This document shows positions 37,906-51,089 of a DNA stretch of 64,000 bases, one piece after another. Each line of letters begins with the position of its first letter. Position 1 is the stretch's first letter. Source of the stretch: the human T2T-CHM13v2.0 reference genome, Homo sapiens; NCBI GenBank assembly GCA_009914755.4, contig CP068257.2, forward strand, positions 43,904,001 to 43,968,000. Reading direction: 5' to 3'. The notes beneath the pieces were generated by a model that was given only the letters and a program-made list of their open reading frames with translations, did no database searches and was not told the origin of the DNA. The position numbers and the translations under genes were made by a program.

Positions 37906-40900
37906 TACTACAGCTACTTTGATACCAGGAGGGAAACAACCCTGAGAATAAGACAGATGGGTGAAGCACGGCATGGCAGAGATTTGTAGATAAATGTTAC
38001 TGGAACCCTGATCACATTGTACCTGAAGCCTGCTCTCCTCTGGACTTTCTAGTTATGAGTCAATATTAATCAACAAATTCATGTTTAAGCTGGTTTGAGT
38101 TGGGCATTCTTGAAACATAAAAGTCCCCATCTGATGCCAGCACTAAATGGAACATTCTTAGTACTAGAGAGGACATCAAGCTCTCAGGTTGCTAAAGTTG
38201 TCTTTCTGTGGGCTCATACATGCCAATGATAACAATATAATAATACAGTGCCTGACCGTACCTGGGGTAGTGCCAAGGTCTCCACGGGCAGGAACTTGCT
38301 TCGTCTTCCCGATAGCATTATGGGCGGGAGCTGTAATTAGCTCCATCTTGCAGAGGAGGAAACAGGCTTACAGAGGGGCAAGCTTCACGCGCTTCCCTGG
38401 GTCCTGCTTTTCTTTCTTCCCACGAAGAGACAACCTGGGGTAGGGCAGGGGGTGGGGGATTGAGGACAGGCCAGCTTTGGTTTCTTTTGGTAAACTTTTT
38501 CCGTGTTTTTTTTTTCTTCTTCATTAGACACACGTAGGATGTTTCCAAAATCCGTGTGATTCAAGTGCATTCCCAGCATGTGTCTGTGTTTCTTTGCTTT
38601 GACTCCTTAAAGCAACACAGGGCACGTCCCCATCTGCGTCAACAGATCCTTCCGAGGCCTGAGGAAAACATTTCCACTTATGTTTTCAGTTATTTTTCTT
38701 TCCATTCAAATGTTTTTGTTTATTCCTCAAAAATGTCTAGAGCCCTTACTTGAGTGGGACTCTGTCTCCTCCAAGGATGTTGGCTGCTTTCACTCTCCCT
38801 CGGTGCAGTGCGACATCTCTGCCTTGGCCTCCAGGTCTGGTCTGTGACTGGCTCCCAGGAAGCGCCTCCTGGCCTTGTGACCTGCATTTCTCTGGAACTC
38901 AGCTGTAGCCCTTGCTTTTTATCTCACTCACTTCTTTTCGTGGCTTTTTGCTTCATTGTGGTGGATGCCGAGGCTTCCGGCCCTCGCCCATTCTGTTTGT
39001 CACAGCCCAGAAGTTTTAGGTGGGACCGCCTTCTACCTGCTGGGCTGAGGGGCCTTCGAATGGCCTCATGGTGGTTTATTCTCTGCCTTTCAATGTTTTT
39101 CCATTTTGCTTGTTCCCACAGTGTAAAGGCCAGCAGCGGCCGCACACCCTGCGTTTCAGTTTCTCAGCCTCTGCCGGGCTCTCCTCGCTGGCCGCATCTC
39201 CCCCTGCAGAGCCACCCGTGCTAACAGGCCAGACTGGCGGCCGCGCCGACCACCTGGGAGAGACGTCCCACACCTGCGCCCTGGCAGGACAACGAAGCCA
39301 AAGAGGCGGTGGGCGTTCCAGTGGGTGCTCCGGCCACCCTCCTCCCCCTCCGGACTCCATTCTTCCCAGGGCTGTGTCCTGGGCCTCACTTCCTGCCCTG
39401 AGCAGCCTGCCCCACCCCGGCCCGGCTCTCACGGCCCCTCTGCTCACGTCCAGGGCCTCGGACTGCCCATGTGTGGGAGGGGTCGGCTCTATCAGGTGGT
39501 TCTGACCTCGGTGAGCCCTGGGGCTGTGGGATGTCACCCCTGGCCCCACAGGAGGCCATCGGTTGGGGCCTGTTTTTCTCTCTTGGCTCCAAGTTTCAGG
39601 GCTTGCGTGCTTCTTTTTCACAATGTTAAACTGATCTTGGGGGGAAGCTGCAGACTCCCTGCTGTGCCCTCCTGAGAGAGTGGTGAACAGTCCCAAGTTT
39701 TAGATTCCATCCTTTTTCCCGAGAGTGGGGGAAATCCACTAACTGCCCAGCGCTTCTTATGGGGACCAGGGCCTGAGGAGGACTTGGCGCTGTTCTTGGG
39801 CCCGGGGCTGTGGGTGGCCAGCTGGCTGCAGCTGTGTGGGCCGGGAGGACCTCCCTGAACTCTGTGCTCCCTGGGGGTGCGCAGGCGCCCGGCCCCACCC
39901 CCACTTCAGTGAGCAGCCAAGTATCGGGCAGTGCCCCTCATCCTGGGGCAGAGAACACCGACGAGGGCCCCACCCCCAGGCAGAGGCAGTGGGCACTGTT
40001 TGGAGAGTCGCAGGGCCACAGGGCTGGCAGGAAGCGGGTGGAGGCCCTGCCCCAGCATGACAAGTGTGTCTTCCACACACCCCCCACCACGCAGTCTCCC
40101 CTGGAGTGCCTGGCTGGATCACTTGATGCCCGCAGGATGAGGAGTCAGCCCAGCTCCTGCCTCTGGTGATGGGGACTTTCAGGTTGTTGGTGGTTCAGGT
40201 TTTTCTGTTTTAGCTCCTACCTCATTAAAAATTATAAGAATAATTTAAAAGCCCTCTGGGTTTCTGTAGGTTGGTGGACATTCTGTGCGGAAAACACCTG
40301 CCTGACCGTAAGCACTTCTGAGGATGACCCAGCCCCACGAAGCAGCATACAGTGTGCACCACTGGGTCCCTTCTGTCTCCTTAGGGAACAAAGAACCCCC
40401 GCATTCACAAGGTGGCCCCAAAGCGTGACCCGCTCCAGAAAGCAGCACCCCCCCAGCGGGTGGGAGAGGCCCTGCCCCGTGTGTCCCGGCTGGCCCTGTG
40501 TGTCCTGGCTGGCCCCGTGCAGACGGGCAGACGGGCACTGCAGATGGGCAGCCACCGCCTTTGCTGGACGAGTACTTCCCACGTCCACTTAGCTGGGCAC
40601 AGGAGCTCACCTGTGCCCTCCAGTGGGGGCGTGGTGCGTAAGCAGTGCCCGGGGGCCACGGTGGGGGGCTCCTGGATTTGCCTCCAGAGACAACAGGATG
40701 GAAATTTGGTTCCGAGAATTTTATGTACATGTGGGTAGTTGAGGTTAATTAGCTTCTACTAAAATGCACAAACCAGGTGTCTACTTCTGGGTTCTGATAA
40801 CTTCATGCACGGGGGCACCCACCACCCAGAGCAGGCCGGGCTGTTTCCCCACGAAGCTCCTTTCCCACCAGTTCCCCACCTGCTGCTGGACGGGCCCCAG

Positions 40901-43879
40901 GAGGATTCTTCGCTTCCCTCGGTGGGTTTCTTCACTTCCCTCCCTGCAGGTGGGTTTCTGTTCCTGATGTGGGGATAGTGGTCTTCTCGCTGCTGAGAGG
41001 GCTTCGAATGCACCACAGCTAGATGGACAGACATCAGTGAAACTGCCGCCAACAGACTTGGCCCTTGCAGCATCCATCCCCAGGAGGAACTTGCAGCCTC
41101 CACCCCGGCCCCCTGGGCCTTCTCCCAGTGCCTCCTGGAGGCCCCTGCCCGGCGCCCCTGCTCATCCTGCCCTTGTCTACAGCTGCGTGAGCTGCAGATG
41201 CAGGAGGACCCTGGGACGAAGCTCCCTGCCCTGCCCCCTTGCCCCCTCACGTGGCACCCTGGCCCAGCTCATTCCCCTGCCTGCAGGGCCGGTGCTGTGA
41301 GCAGCTCTGGGGTCATGGCTTGGTTTCTCCCTGGCAAACTGGTGCCTTCACAGCTGATTTATATTTCAAACATGGACGCCATCTCCCTGGCCCCTCACAC
41401 CGCGTTAGCGGCCCAGCCTGTATTCCATTAGCTGATTAAGCCTTTTCTTGTCCTTCATTTGTTAGAAATAGAAGTTGGCTGAACCCCCCAAGCTTTCACC
41501 AATAACATCTTTTTTTGTCCTTTGTTTCCGTCTTCCTCTCGTTGACAATAAAAGTCTTCTCTCCTTCTTCAGAGACACTGGCTGTCCTTCTGCCCCACCC
41601 AGCCCCCGGTCCCTGCCAGGGAAAGGTGCGCCCCCCGGAACCACCTGGGAAGGACACTGCGGGGCCTGTGAGCTTGTTCAGCTGCTGGCTCAGCTCAGCT
41701 GGAACCTCCAAAATGAGGCTGAAGCTGCCTGGGGTATGCTCCTGGTTTCCATGGGTCTTCGGGGCCATCAACCTACAGGTCGATTTTGAGGGTGAGACAA
41801 CCCTTGAGTTCCCCCTGGGGCAGGGCCAGGGGCCGGGAATAAGAGGTGGCATCTGGGGAGCTGCCCGTGGCAAGGGATGCTGCAGAGAGAGACGAAAGGT
41901 CAGTTCCCACCTCTCCCCAGACAGCCTCGGGCTGTACAGGAAAGCGTGCCACGGCACCAAGCAATGCTTGACACTGATTCACGCCTCTGAACACATGATG
42001 CCATCCCTTCTCACGGTGAGGAGGACCCGTCAGAGCGACCCGGGCCCATGCACCATCCCACCCCTGACACAGGGCAGCCCGTGCCTTCCTGCCAGTGGCT
42101 GCAGTGGTCTGGGCGAGCAGCCCTCACCTCGCAGGAAGCAGTGCTTGCCTGCCTCTTATGGCTTCTGGCCCAGGGGTTACATCTCTCTGGACCACGTGGC
42201 ACTGCCTGGGCACTCCTTGGAGGGGCTTCAGCTGTGCAGACACCCCTGCTGAGGACGCCTCCTCACTAGCCCCCCAGGCACTCCCAGGGTGGGGGGCTCT
42301 GTTTAGTGCTGCTGGCTCTGGGCCACAAGCCACCCAGCTGGCTGGCAGCTCCACCACACCAGGGAGTGATTGGCACTTTTCGGCAGGAAGAAGAGGGCAG
42401 CTGTGCCGGATCCGCAAGATTTCACGGAATCAGAAAGTCCTTCCTGAACTCCGTTCAACAAGAATCCAGACGCTCAATTGGACCCATGAGGTTTCAAAGT
42501 TGCCAAGGCTGTGAGCCCCAGGAGTTAGAGGGTGAGGGTCCTGCCCAGCTGGGAAGCCACGTGGCCCAACGGCCAGGACACAAGATGCCATGGGGCAAGC
42601 ACTCTGCCTCTGTGGGCCCTCCCTCCACAAAACATCAAAAATCCTGTTTTACGTCTGTGTTGATAAGAAGCCCAAATGTGCTAATATTATATATGAAAAC
42701 ATTTTATTTGATCTAAAATTTCTTTTTTCTTTTCTTATGATTTAAAAGTAATTACAACAGTGTTGTGGGCTCTGAGTTGGCCTGGGGGAGGCTGGGGGTG
42801 ACTAGGGAGGTGGCTACTGGGGGCCCCTGAAGGACCTGGAGGAGCTTGGCGACTCCGGTGGTGAGAACCAGGGCAGGAGGACCACCGGGTGACAGGCAGG
42901 AGAGGCAGGACAATCCACCTGCTCAGGGGGCCCGGGTGGGCTGCGTGGGGTGCATCCCGGCTTAGGAAAGGGCCTCGACAGCTGGCCATTGCACAGCCCC
43001 GTGGCAGGTGGGTGGAGGGTTGCTGATCTGACCCTCAGATCCTGCCCACGTGACCCTGGATGCCTGGAGCTAGGGCACAGCCAGGCCCCGCCATGGGGCT
43101 GGAGGTGAGCTTTGCACGTGCTTGGACTCCCCAGGGTCAGGTGAGTGGTGACAGTGACCAAGTCTGCACTTGGGGTCATGTGAGTGGTGACCGTGATGTC
43201 TGCACTAGCTTTTGGGGAAGGTGCGTGGTCTCACACCCAAGGTGGGGAAGAAGGTTTGGCATGGCCTGGAAAGTTCCTGAGCCTTCACTGCCCTTCAGGG
43301 AGCCTGGGAGGGGCCTGGGGGACTGGGGCTGGTGTGGTCTCCACTCGGGACCTGCACGCGCCCCAGGCAGGCAGCGAGGCCAGCAGGCAGAGGTGGGTGA
43401 GTGTCCTCGCCGTGTGACTCTGGCCCGTCCTTAGCCACGGGGGCTCCTGTGTGGGTAGCTGTCGCAGGCCCACTCCTCCTTTCCGAACCCCAGAATCGAT
43501 TTCCTGGTGGAGGTGTGAGGACGCGTCGCAGCTGTCTCTCTCTGAACCTGCTGCAGGTTCTGGCCCGAGTGCCTGGATGCCAGACACCCGCGAGCTCTGC
43601 ATCAGACCCGCCTGCCTGGGCAGCCTGGGGCTCACCTCTTGTTTGTCTTTCAACCTGAGCTGGCCCTGAGCCAGTTTGTACAAAGAGTCTGTCGCTTTGA
43701 TGGGACTTTTCCCTGGCACTGGCTGGATGTCCAATCACCACCCTGCACCCACATCCCTCCCACTCAGCCTGGAGCTCTGCACTCAAGTGCTGCGTCTTCA
43801 GGGTGTCTCTGCCAAACTCCACTCGAATCAGGACTCCAGCTGCCACGATGTGCATTCCCAGCCCTGGTCCCTCCCTGCC

Positions 43880-43998
43880 CTGACAGGGTTCCCCCCACCC
43901 CGCTCCCAATCCAGACAGGGTTCCCCCCGCCCCGCTCCCAATCCAGACAGGGTTCCCCCTGCCCCGCTCCCAATCCAGACAGGGTTCCCTCCACCCTG
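43880..43998. repeat. 39-bp tandem repeat, about 3 copies.
   Basis: The tract reads gacagggttccccccaccccgctcccaatccagacagggttccccccgccccgctcccaatccagacagggttccccctgccccgctcccaatccagacagggttccc. Confidence 0.9.
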
Positions 43999-44047
43999 GC
44001 CTGCAGTTCCTGGAGAGGAGTGCTTCCGGGGGAGGAGAGGGTCACCT

Positions 44048-45040
44048 CTTGTGCACAGCACCCCTGGGATGCGGGTGCCCCTGGGATGCGGGTGGCCCTG
44101 GGATGCAGGTACCCCTGGGATGGGGGTGCCCCTGAGATGCGGGTACCCCTGGGATGCGGTGGCCCTGGGATGGGGGTGCCCCTGGGATGAGGGCAGCCCT
44201 GGGATGCGGGTACACCTGGGATGGGGGTACCCCTGGGATGCGGGCGCCCCTGGGACGTGGGCGGCCCTGGGACGGGGGTGCCCCTGGGATGGGGGTGCCC
44301 CTGGAATGGAGGCGCCCCTGGGATGCGGGTGGCCCTGGGACACGGGTGCCCCTGGGATGGGGGTGCCCCTGGGATGCAGGCGGCCCTGGGATGCGGGTAC
44401 CCCTGGGATGGGGGCGCCCCTGGGATGCGGGCAGCCCTGGGATGCAGGTGCACCTGGGATGGGGGTGCCCCTGGGATGGGGGTGCCCCTGGGATGCGGGC
44501 AGCCCTGGGATGTGGGTGCCCCTGGGATGGGGGTGCCCCTGGGATGCGGGTGGCCCTGGGATGCCGGTGCCCTGGGATGGGGGTGCACCTGGGATGCAGG
44601 TGCCCCTGGGATGGGGGTGCCCCTGGGATGCAGGCGCCCCTGGGGTGGAGGTGCCCCTGGGATGCGGATGCCCCTGAGATGTGCTTGCCCCTGGGATGGG
44701 GGTGTCCCTGGGATGCGGGCAGCCCTCGGATGCGGTTGCCCCTGGGATGCGGGTGCCCCTGAGATGTGCTTGCCCCTGGGATGTCGGTGCCCCTGGGATG
44801 GGGGTGCCCCTGGGATGCGGGTGCCCCTGAGATGTGCTTACCCCTGGGATGGGGGTGCCCCTGGGAGGCGGGTGCCCCTGGGATGGGGGTGCCCCGGGAT
44901 GCGGGTGGCCCTGGGACGCGGGTGCCCCGGGATGCGGGTGCCCCTGAGATGCGGGTGCACCTGGGATGTCGGATGCCCCTGGGATGTCAGATGCCTCTGG
45001 GATGTCGGTGCCCCGGGATGCCGGTGCACTTGCCTCTGAC
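44048..45040. repeat. 18-bp minisatellite (CCCCTGGGATGCGGGTGC)n, about 55 copies over ~1 kb.
   Basis: Strict 18-bp periodicity with variants gggggt, gcaggt, gcgggc. The six-frame ORFs GVPLGCGxPWDxGAPGM are artefacts. Confidence 0.95.
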
Positions 45041-46517
45041 GTCCTTCCCAGTGAGCAACTTCAGCCACTTGACCTTTGGCCACTCGTGCAAACTCTGGCC
45101 ACTGCTTCATTTCCATGTGAGCCAAGGAGACCTTCCTGGTGGCGGGGACTGGGAAGGCACAGTGGAAGCCCTGCACACTGCGAGGTTCTGCCTGGAGATG
45201 CCAGCACTGAATGGAGAGTCGAGGTACATGAACAGTGGGTATGACGGCATGCAAAGCCAGCAGCCCTGTTCCAGAACTGTCTTCAGGTTCCTGCACAGGC
45301 CCAAGACCTCTGGTGCCAGCTGCACCCTCCTTGTTGGGCATCTGGCCATTGAGGGGGGGCAGTTGGAATGTGAGGCTGGGGTTCAGCTGCAACAGACACG
45401 TGCCCAGTGCCGGCCGCCAGCTTCCACATTCGCTCATTCGTTCTACACACTTTCTCGGAGGTCCTCTGTGCTGCCAGGGCAGGCTGGGTGTGTGAAAAAC
45501 AGGCCCCAAGGTACAAAAGGGCTCAAGCATAACAGTGGTTATGGGGTCCCAGATGGGGTCCCTGGCTAGCTGGTGGCTGAGCCCTGCTGTCTCCTGAGCC
45601 TGACGGAGACACAGCTGCCTCTAAAAGCCTCTGAAAGCGGAGTGGACTGCGTCTCTCCTGCCAAGTGCTGCTGGTGAGGACCAGTCTCAGGGCCACACAT
45701 GCCCAAGGCTTTCTGGATGGCAGTCATATCCCTGCCAGACTCCCCACGGGGCGCAGGAGGAGCTAGTCACGGTCTCCACCCCATTCCAGGTGCTTTAGCC
45801 GCCCTGCAGCTGTGACCGCAGGATGAGAAGGGCAGGATGCCGCCCCAGGAACGCACGCCTGGCAGGGGGCAAATCCCAGACGGCGAGGACGGGGCAGGAG
45901 GCCCAGCAGCGCTGGGAGGGTGGGGATGAGCCGGGAGGAGGTGACGCAGCAATCCCAGTGGGAATCTCTGTCGGAGACAGGCCGGTGCCCCACGCCATTC
46001 AGTGAGTGCGAAGCCAGGTGTGAACTGCAGCAGACATGAAGGGAAGGCAGTGACGAATTCTCACCTCCCTCGTCAGGCGCCTGCTTGGATTTGAATGTGG
46101 GCTCAGAGAAGGCCTTGGGTGAGCAGGGTCAACACGAGGTGGGCGTTGGACCTGCACTGTCTTTCTGGCACAGCAAAGCCACTGACTGGGCCTCCGGGGT
46201 GATCACCGGCGGCCTGCGCCCAGACGGATTTCAGAATTGCTATGGGCTGGTGGCCACTCGCACCCGTGCCCCTCTTGGGAGTGGGGAGTGCTATTTGCAG
46301 CTACTCTGTCCCATTGTAGACTAGGGGGATCCACACCTGTGAAGCCTCAGCCTCACCTGGACCCCATGTGGATGAGGAGATCATGAACTGGGAGCGATAT
46401 TCTGGGGGATGCGGCACCGGGGCTTAGAGCAGGGTGAGTGCACCCTACGTGCCGGCACATGATTCACTGTGGCCAGTGTGTTCCCCAGAGATAGCTGCCA
46501 CAGCCCTCACCCCATAA

Positions 46518-47094
<577 letters not shown>

Positions 47095-50000
47095 CAGCCC
47101 AGCCTTTTTAACTGAGCAAGTCCCTCAGCTACTTTAGGGGTCAACATTATGTGATTAGGGACAATAGGAGCCCCTGGGAAGGACAGTGACCTCGTACAGA
47201 GCAAGCAGGAGGGGCCCCGAGGGCCTCCTGGGTACTCTGCACAGACATGAGGTAACCAAGGCTTCTGACTCTGCACAGTCTTTGGTAAACCCCTGGTATT
47301 TTTCTGGAGAGTATGGCGGGCGTGGCTCTGGGAAGGAGTCATGGCCCTCAGAGAAGGTACCTGGTAACAAGGGCAGGTGCCTCCTTTCTAAAACCAAGAT
47401 GGCGTGAGTCTCTGTACCCTGAGGTGGGGCAACTCTGTGTGAGTCACTGCAAGCAGGGGTGGTGTGCACCAGTTCCATTGACAACAATAGGGTCTAAGGA
47501 TCCCTTTATCTTAACTCACACCACCAAACTTGGAAAGATAAGACCAGGCTGTGAAAATTATCAGAGATAAAGAGGTTTTTGAATGGAAGTGGTAGAGAAT
47601 TCACACACACTTCTCCCCCCTGGAAGGTTTGTCATAGATTGGTACACATTTCAGTTTTCAAAATAAATAGACCAATGTTCAAAAACTGTGTTCCTTCTCT
47701 CCATTGAAAATAGACTGGGGCGAGTATTTCTGTCACCAATTTGACTTGACAGCACTTGGGAAACCAGATGAATGCCTTTTGCAGGGACAGTTAATCAGAT
47801 TTTTTAAACTGACTTTTTTTTCTTTTCCTTCTTTTTTTTTAAAAAGGTATAATACTAATAAGTGTGCATGACAAAATTTAAACATAAGGGAAGTAAAATT
47901 TGAGATACAAGTTTCTCTTTCCCCATCCCTACAAACTCTGCTTCCATTCCCCACTGGAACCTTGCAGAACATGTACGTGCAGAACCAAAGGGCATGTGTG
48001 TGTGCGTGCATGCCTGTGTGCACACCTGTGCACATGTATACTTTTAACACATCAATGAGATTACACTATGCAATACTGCTCTGCATCTTGGCATACTGAA
48101 TAAATAATATGTTGAAGAGATCTTTTCAAATTAATACGAACAGACTCAACTCATTCTTTTGTATCCTAATTTTTTGTTGTTATTGTCTTGTCATTGAAAG
48201 AGACATACAAAACTTCTTGAGATTGTGGACTCACAGTTCCGTTAGTGTTTGCTTTCTGTGTTTGGAGGCCATGTTCTTAGGTGCATATGGGTTCATCACA
48301 GTTCTTGTTCTTCTCCATCACAGTCATTCCTCATGTCCACAGTTTTTGTCCATCACAGTTTTTGTCCTGCTGGTGAGTCATTCTTCTTATTTTCTTTAAC
48401 GTTCATGATGCTTTTTGCCTTTAAGTCTATTTCATGGGACAGTCATAGCAATTCAGCAGCTTTCTAATGGGTAATATTGGTTTAATATATCTTTTCTTTC
48501 ATTTTATTTTAAATCTTTCTGTGTCCTATGTCAGCATATCTCTTCTAAAAAACACACATTTATAAAATATTAAAGGTACATACATACAATGTAGAAAGTG
48601 CAATCAACACAGGAGAAGTAAAGAATTCTAACCACCCTGAGCTTCCCTCCCCATGCAATAAATCGTAACAGCTTCTTGCAGATCCCTCTAGAAAACTCTG
48701 TCAACAAAAACATATAATTTTAGGTACTATAAAGCAGTGGTCCCCAAACTTTTTGGCACTAGGAACCAGTCTCATGGAAGACAATTTTTCCACAGATGAG
48801 GGGTGGCAGGGGGCTATGGTTTCAGGATTTCAGGACAAAACTGTTCCATCTCAGATCATCAGGCATTAGATTCTCATAAGGAGTGCACAACCTAGAACCC
48901 TTGAATGTGCAATTCACATAGGGTTTGTGCCCCTGAGAATGTAATGCCACCGCAGATCGGACAGGAGGTTAGGTCAGGTGGTCATGCTCGCTGGCCCACC
49001 ACTCACTTGCTGCTGTGCAGGCCGGTTCCTAACAGGCCACAGACTGGTACTGGTCTGTGGCCCGTGGGTTGGGGGTCCCTTCCACAAAGGCATCATGGGA
49101 TGCCTTCATGAAAGGAGTGTCCTTTTTGGCCATACCGCTACAAACCTGGATGTACTTGGGCTGTTGTCCTTCAGTGTCAGCACGTTACCTGCTGTCCTCC
49201 ACATGTGAGCGAGAACTTGGATGGGTATAAAACTCCCAGAGCCCATTTCCACCCTAACTGTGTAGACCCTGCTCTGTCTCCTTCTCCACAAGAGCACTCA
49301 GTGGGAGTTCTGAGGTGGCCTCTTGTACTCTCCTTGGTATGCAACCCGCTATGAAGAGCTCATAGTTCTTTATCTGTAGTGTGCAGGCAAATGTTTACCA
49401 ACCAGCTTTCTTCGGGGAAAGCCCTGATTGTAGCATTTGCCAGTTTCTGGTAAAACTCCCACTGTGGTGGATTTCCAGCTACCAAATGTCACTGAATGCA
49501 GAGTTGGAAAGAGATACACAGTAGCCACCTTTGTGTAGCAACTCCATCATACAGGTACAGTTGTCATAAGCAGCCTCCAGGGCATAAACAGTAGCAAAAC
49601 AGGTTAAAAATAATTAGGAAGAAATGAGTGTGGAGTATCTATTAACTTTGTTTTTGATATAATTGATTTGGTTGTAAATTTGTTAATTTGATGTACGATA
49701 ATGGCTGGGATTAACAACTGGCTCACACTATTCTTGATAATTTAACAGCCAGCTCTAAGGGCTGGTGTGAGCCATCTCCAGCACACCCTCGGTCTGTATG
49801 TCATTCTTGCTCATGATGCACCTTTTGCCTAGGATGTACTGTGCCCTTTCAACCCACGTTTTCTTTATTTCCTTTAAGCTATTTGCTGTTATCCTTGTGA
49901 GATGAAAGCCAGGGCTGGGACACACTGATACAGAAATGGGCCCTGGGGTGCCAGGCTTGGGGGAGACGAGGGGCACCACAGTGAGGACCTGGCTTTCAGC

Positions 50001-50657
50001 TTGCCTGTGCAGCTTACACTTGGGGCTGCTGAAGTGCGCCGGCCCTGCAACTGGGCCAGGGACTTCCCTAATATCTGTTTTTCTAGAGATGTTGAGCCTG
50101 AAGTGAGGCAGTTGAGCAAACAAGTGGACAGCATATTAACATAGCAGGGATTTCTGAAAACCCAGGGTCCTGGCCAGCCATGGGCTGCAGCTCCCTTTTA
50201 CCTCTGGGTGGTCATGACGGTAAGTACACCAGGTGATGAGGACCATAGTACACTGTTGCTGGAGTGGAGTGCCAGGAAGCCCATGATCTAGCCTGAGGGG
50301 ACTGCAAATATTTTAGGGACAGACTTCAAAATATACCAAATTAATTGTTAAGCTTTTTTGGTTAATGTCAGAAAAATGGAATGTAGTTAAAATGCAATAA
50401 TGCTAAACAGCTTGATTTTATTGAAGAGTGTCCTAAAAAGATATAGCCACTTATGTCATTTTATAATTCTATTTGTTCTAATAATGTATCTTTTTTATTC
50501 CCCCACTGGGAAAATTTCATGCTGCATGAATTCATTAATGTCTCTTCCTCTGCATGCTTATCTTAGGCTAAGAATGAATGAATTTTCTACTTTGCCTCAT
50601 TTGACTGTGTAAGAGGGTCAAGAAATAGACCCATCTCTTCAGGATGTAGCAAGTTCA

Positions 50658-51089
<432 letters not shown>

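Noticed and set aside
43676-45569. ORFs of 333, 274, 272, 267, 230 and 202 aa over the 18-bp minisatellite
   Set aside because: Periodic translation of an 18-bp, 6-aa repeat in all frames and both strands. This is a tandem-repeat artefact.
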